The notes under the pieces are model-generated. The model did not search any database. It was given only the letters and a program-made list of their open reading frames with translations, and was not told where the DNA came from. 64,000 nucleotides of DNA from an uncultured Bacteroidota bacterium (GTDB taxonomy: Bacteria > Bacteroidota > Ignavibacteria > UBA10030 > UBA6906): NCBI GenBank assembly GCA_963734955.1, contig CAVTJO010000006.1, positions 411,458-475,457 on the forward strand, given 5' to 3'. How positions within the stretch are numbered: the stretch's first letter is position 1; every line of letters begins with the position of its first letter. A program made the position numbers and the translations under genes. This document shows positions 50,912-62,008 of the stretch, piece by piece.

Positions 50912-52729
50912 ATGGCTGAAGAAACCTCAGTACTGAAGGATGCAACAATCTCCACCGCATCAGGCGTAACAAAGGGTGTCACGAAGCCTCAGAATGGTTT
51001 CAAGCGTTCCGCCACACTCGATGAGCAGGAATATGACGAGAAGCAGTATGGCGATATGATGAAGCTCTACGAGGGCACGCTCGGAAAGATCAACGAGGGT
51101 GAAATCGTCAGGGGCCGGGTGGTTGCCATCGGTGATAGTGAGGTTTCGGTCGACATCGGTTTCAAGTCGGAAGGTTTGGTGGCGAAGGCCGAGTTCCCGA
51201 ATCCCGACGAGCTGAAAGTGGGAGAGGAAATCGAAGTTTTCCTTGAGAGTGTTGAGAACAAAGACGGGCAGCTTGTTCTTTCGCGCAAGCGCGCAGACTT
51301 CATGCGTATCTGGGAACGCGTGACCAAGGCATTCGAAACAGGTGAAGTTCTGCAAGGGCGCTGCGTCCGTCGTATCAAAGGGGGGATCGTCGTTGACCTG
51401 TATGGGATCGACGCATTCCTTCCGGGCTCGCAAATCGACGTTCGACCGGTTCGGGATTTTGATGCCTTCATCGGAAGGACAATGGACTTCCGGGTCGTGA
51501 AAATCAATCATCCTTCAGAAAATGTCGTTGTCAGCCACAAGGTCCTCGTTGAAGAGGAGATGTCCGGTCAGCGAAAGGCAATCCTCGAGAAGCTGGAGAA
51601 AGGTCAGATTCTGGAAGGGACCGTCAAGGCCATAACCGATTTTGGTGTGTTCGTCGACCTCGGTGGCGTGGACGGACTCGTGCATATCACGGACCTCTCA
51701 TGGGGTCGCATCAACCATCCCTCTGAAATTGTCAAGCTCGATCAAACCATCAATGTCGTCGTGCTCGATTTCGATCAGGAGAAGAAGCGCATCTCTCTTG
51801 GTTACAAACAGCTTCAACCCCATCCGTGGGATAATATTCAGGACAAGTATCCGGTGGGGACGAAGGTTACGGGCAAGGTTGTTTCACTTGCAGACTATGG
51901 TGCGTTCGTCGAGATCGAAAAAGGAATCGAGGGACTCATCCACATTTCAGAGATGAGCTGGACGCAGCACATCAAGCATCCGTCGCAGGTGGTGTCCATG
52001 GGACAGATGATCGACGCTGTGATTCTCAGCCTCGATAAGGACAACAAGAAACTCTCCCTTGGTATCAAGCAGCTTGAACCGGATCCATGGCTGAACCTGA
52101 TGCAGAAATATCCAGTCGGCTCGCGCCACATGGGCGTTGTCCGCAACCTGACAAACTTTGGCGTCTTTGTGGAATTGGAACAGGGAGTTGACGGACTTGT
52201 ACACATCTCCGATCTTTCCTGGACAAAAAAGATTCGTCATCCCGGCGAAGTCGTGAAGAAAGGCGACGAGCTTGATGTTGTGATTCTTGGCGTCGACGTT
52301 GACCAACGCCGGATTTCGCTCGGACACAAACAGGTGGGCGAGAATCCCTGGGACCGCTTCGGTGAAGACTACAGGGTGGGCACTGATGTTGAGGGGAAGA
52401 TCGTCCGCATCATCGAGAAGGGCGTCATCGTCGAGCTGCCTCTCAGTGTTGATGGGTTCGTGCCGGTGTCACAGCTCGCTCAGATCCAGGTGAAGAACAT
52501 TGCCGACAAGTTCAAGGTGGGGGATCCCCTGCCGCTGAAGGTCGTGGAATTCGACAAAGACGCAAAGAAGATCGTGCTGTCGGTCGTCGAATACTTCAAG
52601 GACAAGGAGTCCAGGGCGGTTGAGACCTATATGGCAGAGCACAAACTTCCGACCTCGACACTCGGAGACACTGCAACCATCACAGGTGCAACGCCGTCGG
52701 GAGACGTAACCATTCCAACTGAAAACTGA
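50912..52729 (+). CDS. rpsA: 30S ribosomal protein S1
   Basis: Six S1 repeat domains. GGAGG RBS. Confidence 0.9.
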   Translation: MAEETSVLKDATISTASGVTKGVTKPQNGFKRSATLDEQEYDEKQYGDMMKLYEGTLGKINEGEIVRGRVVAIGDSEVSVDIGFKSEGLVAKAEFPNPDELKVGEEIEVFLESVENKDGQLVLSRKRADFMRIWERVTKAFETGEVLQGRCVRRIKGGIVVDLYGIDAFLPGSQIDVRPVRDFDAFIGRTMDFRVVKINHPSENVVVSHKVLVEEEMSGQRKAILEKLEKGQILEGTVKAITDFGVFVDLGGVDGLVHITDLSWGRINHPSEIVKLDQTINVVVLDFDQEKKRISLGYKQLQPHPWDNIQDKYPVGTKVTGKVVSLADYGAFVEIEKGIEGLIHISEMSWTQHIKHPSQVVSMGQMIDAVILSLDKDNKKLSLGIKQLEPDPWLNLMQKYPVGSRHMGVVRNLTNFGVFVELEQGVDGLVHISDLSWTKKIRHPGEVVKKGDELDVVILGVDVDQRRISLGHKQVGENPWDRFGEDYRVGTDVEGKIVRIIEKGVIVELPLSVDGFVPVSQLAQIQVKNIADKFKVGDPLPLKVVEFDKDAKKIVLSVVEYFKDKESRAVETYMAEHKLPTSTLGDTATITGATPSGDVTIPTEN

Positions 52730-52750
52730 TTCCTCACCGGGCAAACGCCA

Positions 52751-52784
52751 GAGCTGCTCGACGTGAACGGGCAGCTCTTTTTTT
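52751..52784 (+). terminator. Rho-independent terminator after rpsA (stem gagctgc/gcagctc plus T7 tract)
   Basis: Inverted repeat followed by seven T residues. Confidence 0.6.
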
Positions 52785-52794
52785 GTATACGGAG

Positions 52795-54102
52795 ATGCCG
52801 ACAGTTTCATTTCATACCCTCGGATGTAAACTCAACTTCGCCGAGACGTCAATGGTGGGTAAGCAGTTCCTCGATCGCGGCTTCACAGTTGTCGATTTTG
52901 GGACACCTGCCGACGTCTGCGTGATCAATACGTGCAGTGTCACGGCGCGAGCTGACCGGGAATGCCGGCAAATGGTACGCAGGGCGATCCGCACTTCCCG
53001 GGAACCATTCGTGGTCGTGACAGGATGCTATGCGCAACTCGAGCCCGAGGAAGTTGCGTCGATTCATGGCGTTGACCTGGTACTTGGTGCCCGGGAGAAG
53101 TTCGAGATGTTCGACTACCTCGGAGGCCTGGAGAAGAAACTCTATCCCCACGTGTTCGTCTCCGACATAAACACAGTTGACAACTTTGGTGCTTCCTTTA
53201 CGACCGAAGTCGGTGAGCGCACGCGTGCATTCCTGAAGGTCCAGGATGGCTGTGACTACAACTGCAGCTTTTGTACCATTCCTCTTGCCCGCGGAGCAAG
53301 CAGGAGTCAAACGATAGACCGGTGTGTTGTGCAGGCGAGAGACCTTGTTACTCAGGGATTCAAGGAAATTACGTTGACCGGCGTGAATGTGGGGGACTAC
53401 GGGAGATCTTCAGGTAATGACCTTCTTCATCTCCTTCGCCAACTTGTGGACGTCGATGGGCTTAAGCGAATTCGTATCAGCTCCATCGAGCCCAATCTTC
53501 TCACGCAGGAGATCATCGAGTTTGTGGCGTCGGAAGCGAAAATGTGCAATCATTTTCACATTCCGTTGCAGAGTGGTTGCGACGAAATTCTTGGACGCAT
53601 GAGACGACGCTACAATAGCAAGATCTACGCTGACCTGGTTCACCGGATCCGGCAGACAATCCCCGAATGCGGCATCGGTGTTGATGTCATCGTGGGGTTT
53701 CCCGGCGAAACGGACGAACACTTTGAAACAACGCGGCGCTTTCTTGAGGCATTACCGGTCTCGTATATTCACGCCTTCACCTATTCTGAACGGCCCAACA
53801 CACCGGCCGTTGCCTTCACTGGTTCAGTCGAACCGAAGATACGATTCAAACGGAATGAAATTCTCCGCTCGATCGGCATACGCAAGAAGCGCGAGTTCTA
53901 CAATGCCCATATCGGTAAAACGCTCCCGGTACTGGCAGAAGGTGATGTCGAAGGTGATACGCGTTTTGGTTTCACAGAAAACTACGTCCGTGTTGGAGTA
54001 CCATCGTCGGTCCCACCGAACACAATTCTTCTTGTTACGATTTCGGGCGTGAAGAACGGCCGGTGCATCGGACAGCTGGCGGGCGGGAAGGTCGCAGCAT
54101 GA
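52795..54102 (+). CDS. mtaB: Radical-SAM methylthiotransferase, MtaB-like (MiaB/RimO family)
   Basis: UPF0004 N-domain (FHTLGCKLNFAETS), radical-SAM CDYNCSFC motif, no obvious TRAM. The TTG at 52783 lies in the terminator T-tract, so ATG 52795 is preferred. Confidence 0.75.
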   Translation: MPTVSFHTLGCKLNFAETSMVGKQFLDRGFTVVDFGTPADVCVINTCSVTARADRECRQMVRRAIRTSREPFVVVTGCYAQLEPEEVASIHGVDLVLGAREKFEMFDYLGGLEKKLYPHVFVSDINTVDNFGASFTTEVGERTRAFLKVQDGCDYNCSFCTIPLARGASRSQTIDRCVVQARDLVTQGFKEITLTGVNVGDYGRSSGNDLLHLLRQLVDVDGLKRIRISSIEPNLLTQEIIEFVASEAKMCNHFHIPLQSGCDEILGRMRRRYNSKIYADLVHRIRQTIPECGIGVDVIVGFPGETDEHFETTRRFLEALPVSYIHAFTYSERPNTPAVAFTGSVEPKIRFKRNEILRSIGIRKKREFYNAHIGKTLPVLAEGDVEGDTRFGFTENYVRVGVPSSVPPNTILLVTISGVKNGRCIGQLAGGKVAA

Positions 54103-55447
54103 AGATCACGCTTGTTGAGCCGGGGAGTATTGCCGAGGAGGTCGGGATTCGACCGGGCGATGAGCTTCTCGAGATCAACGGGAAGCATGTGCTCGACGCA
54201 ATCGACTTCAGGTTTCACGAAGGAAATGGAGACATCTCACTCAAAGTCTCCCGCGGCAAGGAAGTCACTATCTATGATATTGAAAAGGATGAGGACGACC
54301 ATGTCGGTATTGATTTTGAGGAGATGAAGACCCTTTCGTGCGGCAATGACTGTATTTTCTGCTTCGTCGATCAAAACCCCAAGGGCCTGAGAAAGCGAAC
54401 TGTATTTCCGTGATGGCGACTATCGTCTGTCATTCATGTACGGCAACTACACCACCATGACGAACGCGGGACCCGCCATTCTGCGACGCATCATTGACCA
54501 ACGACTCTCCCCACAGTACATCTCTGTTCACGTCACTGACTACGAGGTTCGCCGACGCCTGATGGGGCTGAAGAAGGATGATCTCATCCTGCAAAAGATC
54601 AAACTTCTCCACGATAATGGCATTGACATGCACACGCAAATCGTGCTCTGCCCGGGGATTAATGATGGAGAAGTTCTGGAAAAAACTGTGCGTGATCTCT
54701 ATCGCTATCACGAACACATTGTTTCTCTTGCGGTTGTTCCGGTCGGATTGACCGATCATCGCTTTGGGTTGGCAGAATTGAAGAAGGTGGATCATGGTTA
54801 TGCAATCGGTCTTCTGACTCAGGTCGAAACCTGGGCGAAGAAATGCCGGCGGGAGATTGGTCGGGGATTTGTTTACGCATCAGACGAATTCTACATCACT
54901 GCCGGAGCGACATATCCCGCGGGCTGCTCACTATGATGGTTTCGCGCAGACCGAGAACGGCGTGGGTCTTGTGAGGACCTTCCTGGATGAGTTTAAGAAA
55001 CAAGCAAGGAAATTCCCGGCACGACTTGTCAAGAAACGCCGGCTGGTGATGGTCACCGGTGCGCTGGCATCAGTGTTCCTTGAAGGAGAAGTTGCAGTCC
55101 GTTTGAGAAGGGTCACAGGCCTGGACGTCGAGGTTGTGATTGCCCCCAATCTTCTCTTCGGAGAGAGTGTGACTGTTGCTGGACTTCTATCCGCCAAATG
55201 TATATCTTCAGCATTGAAAGGGATCGACCGTGGAGACTTACTCCTCCTTCCTCCGGACATCCTGAACGCGGAGGGAATGTTTCTGGACGATGCGACGGTA
55301 CCGCAATTGGAGGAACAGCTCAACGTTCCAGTGGTTGTGTTTGACGGCGACTGGACTGACATATTCCTGCATCTCAAGAACCCGAAACGGAGCCAACACA
55401 CCCGGCATTTGTTACCAGTTCTCAATCGACGGTACCAACCAGCGTAG
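54099..55447 (+). CDS. DUF512-type PDZ plus radical-SAM protein, interrupted by two frameshifts (near 54385-54400 and 54895-54905)
   Basis: PDZ (IRPGDELLEING), Cys cluster CGNDCIFCF. Downstream pieces (DGDYRLSFMYGNYTTMTN... and ...HYDGFAQTENGVG...) lie in shifted frames. ATGA-coupled to mtaB. Confidence 0.65.
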
Positions 55448-55467
55448 TTCATAATCAGAGGTTCAGA

Positions 55468-56220
55468 ATGGCAACAATGAAATGGGTCGTCATTTTCGCG
55501 CTCCTCTTTTCAGTTCACGGGTTTGGACAGGAAAAACCACCCACGTCACGTTTTGAGATTCAGCGGGATCTATTTGGATCGGGCTCGACTGCCAAAATTG
55601 TCCCAACCCTCTTTCCGGACGACATGGCTTCCGGAAAGAAATCCACCGGCCTTGCGGCGATTTACTCCCTTCTACTTCCGGGTATGGGCGAGTTGTATGC
55701 CGGCGGGTTCGAATCGGGGAAGTACTTCCTCATTGCGGAAGGTGCTCTCTGGCTCACCTATGCGTCGTTCGAGATCTATGGCAACCAGATTCGGGACGAT
55801 GCGCGGGCTTTTGCGCAAGCGCATGCCGGCGTCAACCCGGCAGGGAAGAATGACCAGTTCTTTGTGGACATTGGCAATTATCTCAACACGGATGAATACA
55901 ACCAGCAGAAACTGCGGGATCACGATGTCACCAAGCTTTACGACGATCCAACCTATCAATGGGCCTGGGATACCGATCCCTCTCGTTCCACATTCCGTGA
56001 ACAGCGCATTGCCAGCGACAATATGTACAATAACAGGAAATTTGTTGTTGGTGCAATCCTGATCAACCATGTCGGGAGTGCCATCAATGCCGTCCGTGCT
56101 GCGATCAGTCACAACAAGGCGTTATCCGATGCCGGTGGCGATCTGGATATTCATGCCAATGTCATGGGAGGCTGGGCAAATCCACATGGAATGATGCTTA
56201 CCGTAACGAAAACGTTTTGA
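55468..56220 (+). CDS. Hypothetical secreted/membrane protein (LLLPGMGELYAGGF motif)
   Basis: Signal peptide, no known family. The LPGxGExY motif resembles small Bacteroidota-specific DUFs. Confidence 0.5.
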   Translation: MATMKWVVIFALLFSVHGFGQEKPPTSRFEIQRDLFGSGSTAKIVPTLFPDDMASGKKSTGLAAIYSLLLPGMGELYAGGFESGKYFLIAEGALWLTYASFEIYGNQIRDDARAFAQAHAGVNPAGKNDQFFVDIGNYLNTDEYNQQKLRDHDVTKLYDDPTYQWAWDTDPSRSTFREQRIASDNMYNNRKFVVGAILINHVGSAINAVRAAISHNKALSDAGGDLDIHANVMGGWANPHGMMLTVTKTF

Positions 56221-56241
56221 TTCACAAGCTCTCCCTGCCAA

Positions 56242-56970
56242 ATGAGGAACATTAAGCTCACGCTGGAATACGACGGAACCGATTTTGTCGGGTGGCAGAG
56301 TCAACGTAACGGACGGGCCGTACAGGATGAAGTGACCAAGGTCTTGTGCGAAGTGCTTCAAGAGGGCGTTACGATTGAGGGGGCCGGGCGCACCGACTCC
56401 GGTGTTCATGCCCGGGGACAGGTGGCCAATTTTCTCACCAACTCCTCCATGGAACCTGATGCAATTCGCAATGCTCTTAACGGCATGCTGCCCCTTGATG
56501 TTCGGGTCCGCGCTGCTCAGGAAGTCTCGGAGCTATTCCAGGCCCGTTTCCATGCACGAGCGCGACTCTACAAATACTACCTCTCACTCAAGCCGCAAGC
56601 GATCGGGCGACAATATCAATGGTATGTCAAGTACTCCCTTGATATTGACTCCATGAAGTGTGTTGCCGAGTTGATCAAGGGCGAGCATGACTTCTCGTCG
56701 TTCTGCAACCACGCAAGCGAGGTCGATCATCTTACCTGCACAGTTATCTCGTCGAGGTGGAGCCAATCGCCGAAAGGTCTCATCTATGAGGTCAAAGCAA
56801 ACCGCTTCGTTCACGGGATGGTTCGCGTTCTGGTAGGAACGATGGTTGACATCGGACGGGGGCATATTCCTGCCGGGGCGTTTTCGGAAATCATGGAAGC
56901 GAAGGATCGGACCCGCGCCGGAGTGGCTGCGCCTGCTCACGGCCTTTGCCTTGAAGAAGTTGTGTACTGA
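56242..56970 (+). CDS. truA: tRNA pseudouridine(38-40) synthase
   Basis: YDGTDFVGWQ...GRTDSGVHA catalytic Asp motif. Confidence 0.9.
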   Translation: MRNIKLTLEYDGTDFVGWQSQRNGRAVQDEVTKVLCEVLQEGVTIEGAGRTDSGVHARGQVANFLTNSSMEPDAIRNALNGMLPLDVRVRAAQEVSELFQARFHARARLYKYYLSLKPQAIGRQYQWYVKYSLDIDSMKCVAELIKGEHDFSSFCNHASEVDHLTCTVISSRWSQSPKGLIYEVKANRFVHGMVRVLVGTMVDIGRGHIPAGAFSEIMEAKDRTRAGVAAPAHGLCLEEVVY

Positions 56971-57031
56971 GCTCCGATCGAGCTCCTTTCCCTTTCTCTT
57001 ACCCGAATCACATAAAAAGGACGGAACAAAC

Positions 57032-58705
57032 ATGGACCGACGGCGTTCGAGATTGATGGTGATGATTGCTGCTTGTTTGATCTGTTTTGGCCTGGGAGCC
57101 TTTCTTCAATCACAGGCAGTTCAGCAGCCCCTCACACGGGAGTTTGTAGCCGCGGCAGAGAAGCTGATAGGCCTGCAGTTTACGGATGCCAAGCGTGATT
57201 CAATGCTGGATGGGTTGAAAGATCAATTGGAAAACTACCAGAACATCCGCAACATTCCGCTTGCGAATAGCACTCCGCCGGCAATACTCTTCAATCCGGT
57301 TCCTGTCGGGGTGAGTTTTCAGAATGAGAGGAAGCCGTTCAGGATGAGTCCTCCGGGGGCCGTTGACCTTCCCGCAAATCTCGATGATCTGGCATTCTAT
57401 TCGGTCGGACAATTGTCTGAGCTCATCAGATCGAGACGGATAACGAGTGAAGCGCTGACGAAATTGTACATTGCCCGTCTGAAGAAGTATGGACCAAAGC
57501 TGGAATGTGTAATCACGCTTACTGAAGACCTTGCTCTGAAGCAGGCGAGGCAGGCCGACCATGAAATTGCAGAGGGGAAATATCGCGGTCCATTACAGGG
57601 CATACCATACGGCGCAAAAGACCTGCTTGCAGTTCGTGGATATAAGACGACGTGGGGTTCGGCGCCGTTCAAGGATCAAGTGATTGATGAAGATGCGACA
57701 GTCATCAAGCGATTGGAGGATGCGGGGGCTGTGCTGGTCGCAAAGTTGTCGATGGGCGAACTGGCATGGGGCGACGTTTGGTTTGGCGGCATGACCAGGA
57801 ATCCCTGGAATTACAAGGAGGGATCAAGCGGTTCCTCAGCCGGATCGGCCGCGGCAACTGCAGCTGGACTTGTGGGTTTTGCCATTGGGACTGAGACATG
57901 GGGATCGATTGTGTCTCCATCAACACGGTGCGGAACAACCGGGCTTCGACCGACATATGGCCGTGTCAGCAGGTACGGAGCTATGGCTCTCAGCTGGTCG
58001 ATGGACAAGATCGGGCCGATCTGCCGCACAGTGGAGGATTGTGCGATCGTGTTGAACGCCATCTGTGGTCCCGATGGCAAGGATCAGACTGTGTACGACA
58101 TTCCGTTCAATTATGATCCGAATATTAATCTCCATGATCTCCGGATTGGATACCTGAAGACAGCGTTTGACAGTGTGCAAGGAGACCACGCGAACAATGA
58201 CGCGGCTCTGGCGAAGTTGAGGACGCTTGGCGCTACATTGATTCCGATCGAACTTCCCAAGTATCCGATGAATGATCTCTCGATCATTCTCAGCGCAGAG
58301 GCAGGTGCTGCCTTCGACGACCTCACGCGCAGTGGAAAGGATGATCTGCTCGTCCGACAGGTGAAGGATGCGTGGCCCAATGTCTTCAGACTCTCGCGGT
58401 TCATTCCAGCCGTTGAGTACATTCAGGCGAACCGGATTCGCTATGAGGTCATTCAGGATATGGCGAAGCTGATGAATGATATTGATCTCTACGTTGCACC
58501 ACCATTTCAAGGAGATAACCTGTTGATGACCAATCTCACTGGTCATCCGCAGGTTGTTCTTCCAAACGGTTTCACCAAGGAAGGGACTCCGACCAGCATC
58601 ACTTTTGTGGGGAGGCTCTTCGACGAGGCCACATTGCTTGTCGTGGCAAAGAAGTATCAGGATGCGACTGGCTTCCATTTGAAACATCCGAAGCTCGAGG
58701 AGTAG
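57032..58705 (+). CDS. Amidase-signature (AS) family amidase with signal peptide
   Basis: GGSSGGSAAA-type signature (GSSGSSAGSAAATAAG) and the catalytic Ser-cisSer-Lys region. Start at MDRRRS; ORF track starts at 56846. Confidence 0.8.
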   Translation: MDRRRSRLMVMIAACLICFGLGAFLQSQAVQQPLTREFVAAAEKLIGLQFTDAKRDSMLDGLKDQLENYQNIRNIPLANSTPPAILFNPVPVGVSFQNERKPFRMSPPGAVDLPANLDDLAFYSVGQLSELIRSRRITSEALTKLYIARLKKYGPKLECVITLTEDLALKQARQADHEIAEGKYRGPLQGIPYGAKDLLAVRGYKTTWGSAPFKDQVIDEDATVIKRLEDAGAVLVAKLSMGELAWGDVWFGGMTRNPWNYKEGSSGSSAGSAAATAAGLVGFAIGTETWGSIVSPSTRCGTTGLRPTYGRVSRYGAMALSWSMDKIGPICRTVEDCAIVLNAICGPDGKDQTVYDIPFNYDPNINLHDLRIGYLKTAFDSVQGDHANNDAALAKLRTLGATLIPIELPKYPMNDLSIILSAEAGAAFDDLTRSGKDDLLVRQVKDAWPNVFRLSRFIPAVEYIQANRIRYEVIQDMAKLMNDIDLYVAPPFQGDNLLMTNLTGHPQVVLPNGFTKEGTPTSITFVGRLFDEATLLVVAKKYQDATGFHLKHPKLEE

Positions 58706-58892
58706 ACGCCTTTTTGAGGTCAGGAGTGAGTGTTGAATCCGACAGTAGTTGGCAGTGAACCAGGATCCACCCGATTCCGTAGCGGGTGATGAATAACTAT
58801 TGATTTTCGATCTTCCTTTCTCTAAGTTTCTGCAGCACCGCCACACTCTCCCTGTTCTTACATTCCTTCTTGTTTCCAATCCAGGAACCTCC

Positions 58893-60432
58893 ATGCTCTC
58901 CAGGATCCTTAGTTGTGCCACATACGGTGTCAATGCCTACATCATTGAGGTAGAGACACACATTGAGAAGCAACTCCCGTCGTTCTCCATCGTCGGTTTG
59001 CCCGACAATGCCGTGAAAGAAAGCCGTGAGAGGGTCACTGCCGCAATCAAGAACTGTTCGTTTGACTTTCCGATCAAGAAAATTACCGTGAATCTTGCCC
59101 CGGCAGACATCAAGAAAGAGGGATCCTCATTTGATCTGCCAATGGCAATTGGCATCCTGGCGTCGACAGAGCAGGTAGCACCTGACGTTCTGGAGAACTT
59201 TGTTTTGCTCGGCGAGTTGGCGCTGGATGGAGCCTTACGGCCAATTCATGGTACGCTGCCGATGGCTCTTGAGGTTCGAAAGAAGAAACTGAAGGGAATG
59301 ATCGTTCCGAGGGAAAACGGCAAGGAGGCCGCAATGGTGGAGGGTGTGGCGGTCTATCCAATGTTGTCGCTGAAGGAAACAGTCGAGTTTTTGAACGCTG
59401 ATCATGCCTCCCTTGCTCCCTTGAAAGTCGATATCGACGAGCTCTTCACACAGGATCAGAAGTACCTCGCTGATTTCGCCGATGTCAAAGGACAAGAAAA
59501 TGTCAAACGGGCGTTGGAGGTTGCGGCCGCCGGTGGCCACAATATTATCATGATTGGTCCCCCCGGTTCCGGCAAAACCATGCTGGCCAAGCGACTCCCG
59601 AGCATTCTGCCGCCGCTTTCATTCGAAGAGGCGCTCGAGACGACAAAGATTCACTCAGTGGCCGGACTTCTTCCGCCTGATTCGGCTCTTGTAGCAACAC
59701 GGCCATTTCGTTCACCTCATCATACAATCTCGGATGCTGCGCTCGTCGGAGGTGGGACAGTGCCGCGTCCGGGAGAGATTTCGCTCGCTCACCACGGTGT
59801 GTTGTTCCTTGACGAGCTTCCGGAGTTCGCACGGAATGTGCTTGAGGTATTACGTCAACCTCTTGAAGATGGAAGAGTGACTATCAGTCGGTCAAGACTT
59901 TCCGTGGAGTATCCTGCCAACTTCATGCTGGTTTGTGCAATGAATCCCTGTCTCTGTGGATTCCTAACAGATCCGTCAAAAGAGTGCACCTGTCACACCA
60001 CAGGCGATTCAAAAGTACATGGCGAAGATTTCCGGACCACTGCTGGATCGTATCGATCTGCACATCGAAGTACCGGCAGTGAAGTACAAGGAGCTTTCGA
60101 GCAAGGAGAGCGGAGAGTGTTCCGAACGGATACGCAACAGGGTAATACAAGCCCGTGTCGCCCAGACACAACGGTTTAAAGGTCGCAAGGGGCTCTTTGC
60201 AAACGCCGACATGCAGTCAAAGGACGTTCGTGAGTACTGCAAACTCGATGCAGCAGGGGAGGAACTTCTCAAGATGGCGATTACGAAACTGGGACTTTCT
60301 GCACGTGCATACGATCGGATTCTGAAAGTGGGGAGGACGATTGCCGACATGGCCGGAAGTGCTGATATCCGGCCAGAACACATCAGTGAGGCGATTCAGT
60401 ACAGAAGCTTGGATAGGAATCTGACTGCGTGA
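58893..60432 (+). CDS. comM: YifB/ComM-family Mg-chelatase-like AAA+ ATPase, interrupted by a frameshift near 59990-60010
   Basis: Lon-protease-like N-domain, Walker A GPPGSGKT, sensor motifs. The C-terminal [20 protein letters not shown] continues in another frame. Confidence 0.8.
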
Positions 60433-60556
60433 AGACTGTCAGCCCAAATCGAAGCACGGGACCCAGAATTCAGTCAAGGCCTCCAGCCTTTTGCTGACTG
60501 ATGATCTCAAAATAGTGCAAGCGCTACAACTGAAAATCCCCCGGCGTTGCCATGTA

Positions 60557-62008
60557 CTAGTTTTGTTGTGTCTTCTGTGCTTCACGGACAATCCTCGCAA
60601 GCATCCCTTTGAACACCAGCGCGTGTAACGGATAGACCCCATACCAATACGCTATGCCAGGGAGTCCAACAGGATCAAAAACAGCAGTTTGGCTAATGAC
60701 AGATCCATTTCTGTTTGGTGCAACAGTAAATTCCAGCCACGCCCGTCCTGGAAGTTTCATTTCAGCCGCAAGACGGAGTTGTCTGCCGGACTCAAATGAT
60801 TCAACACGCCACCAGTCAACCACATCTCCCACGCGAAGTTCGTCGGGATGTCTGCGGCCCCTGCGCATCCCCACGCCTCCCACAAGAAGATCCAAAAACC
60901 CCCGTAGCCTCCAGAGCCAGTTCCCATAATACCAACCCGTGGCCCCACCAATCCGCTGTATCGGGCGGAAGGCCTTTGCAGGCGGAACATCTACAACAGC
61001 TGAACGGGTATCAACAAGCCTGTTGCCTACACGAATCGTTCCGAGTGTGTCACCCATGCCTGTCGAGGAGATTGAATCCGACCATCGAGTTGTTGCGCAT
61101 TCACTGTCCTCATTTTTCAGAGCTTCGGCGATGGCTTGTTGCACACCCCGCGGACGAATAGTAAACAGCTTCGCCCCTGATGGATCCTGGACGGTAGTTG
61201 AATGCCGTAGACTTTCCACCAACTTGCGCCCGGTTCGCGCGTAGAGTGGCGTGACGAGTCCAAGCCAGAGACTGGAAAGGCGCGGTGTGAGCACAGGTAC
61301 GGCGATCATGAACCGGCGGAGGCCTCGTTGATGTGCATACTCTTGCATCAGGTCACCATAGGATACCTGATCTGCGCCGCCGATTTCAATGGTACGGTGT
61401 TGATCCAGAGGAATCTCAAGTGCCTCCATCAGATACTCGAGAAGGTCTGATATGGCAATTGGTTGTGCCTTCACACCAACCCATCGTGGCGTGATCATAA
61501 CGGGAAGACGCTCTACGAGTGCGCGAATCATTTCGAATGACAGGCTCCCTGATCCCAGCACAATCGATGCGCGCAGCTCTGCAACCTGAACTCCAGACTC
61601 ACGAAGGATGTCCCCCACTTCCTGTCTGCTCTGCAGATGTGGCGAGAGGTTGCTGTCGGAACCGAGTCCGCCGAGATAGATGATGCGTCTCACGCCACAC
61701 TCCCGGGCCGCCTCTCCGAAATTCCGAGCGCCTTCACGATCAAGGTCGACAAAATTGCCATCCGCTCCCATGGAATGAATCAGGTAGAATGCTGCATCGA
61801 CATCTTTCAGGGCCTGAACAAGTGTAGATTTCACCAGCACGTCCCCCTTGGCCTTTTCAACCTCCCAGGTTGGATCGATGTGCAAGAATTCCGGTCGACG
61901 CGCAAGAGTGCGGACGCGGTACCCTTGACGATGCATGACCATCAGCAACCGTCCGCCGACATAACCGGTGGCCCCTGTCAGGAGAATACGTTTGCGAGGT
62001 GAGTTCAT
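60557..62008 (-). CDS. NAD(P)-binding SDR/NmrA-like protein fused to a C-terminal DUF2867 domain
   Basis: ILLTGATGYVGGRL Rossmann motif, followed by a ~150 aa domain typical of DUF2867 fusions. Confidence 0.7.
   Translation of the reverse strand: MNSPRKRILLTGATGYVGGRLLMVMHRQGYRVRTLARRPEFLHIDPTWEVEKAKGDVLVKSTLVQALKDVDAAFYLIHSMGADGNFVDLDREGARNFGEAARECGVRRIIYLGGLGSDSNLSPHLQSRQEVGDILRESGVQVAELRASIVLGSGSLSFEMIRALVERLPVMITPRWVGVKAQPIAISDLLEYLMEALEIPLDQHRTIEIGGADQVSYGDLMQEYAHQRGLRRFMIAVPVLTPRLSSLWLGLVTPLYARTGRKLVESLRHSTTVQDPSGAKLFTIRPRGVQQAIAEALKNEDSECATTRWSDSISSTGMGDTLGTIRVGNRLVDTRSAVVDVPPAKAFRPIQRIGGATGWYYGNWLWRLRGFLDLLVGGVGMRRGRRHPDELRVGDVVDWWRVESFESGRQLRLAAEMKLPGRAWLEFTVAPNRNGSVISQTAVFDPVGLPGIAYWYGVYPLHALVFKGMLARIVREAQKTQQN

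Noticed and set aside
55523-56062. 179 aa alternative-frame ORF overlapping the 55468 secreted protein gene
   Set aside because: It shares the strand but is in a different frame from a better-supported ORF that has a signal peptide. It has an Arg/Ser-rich low-complexity translation.
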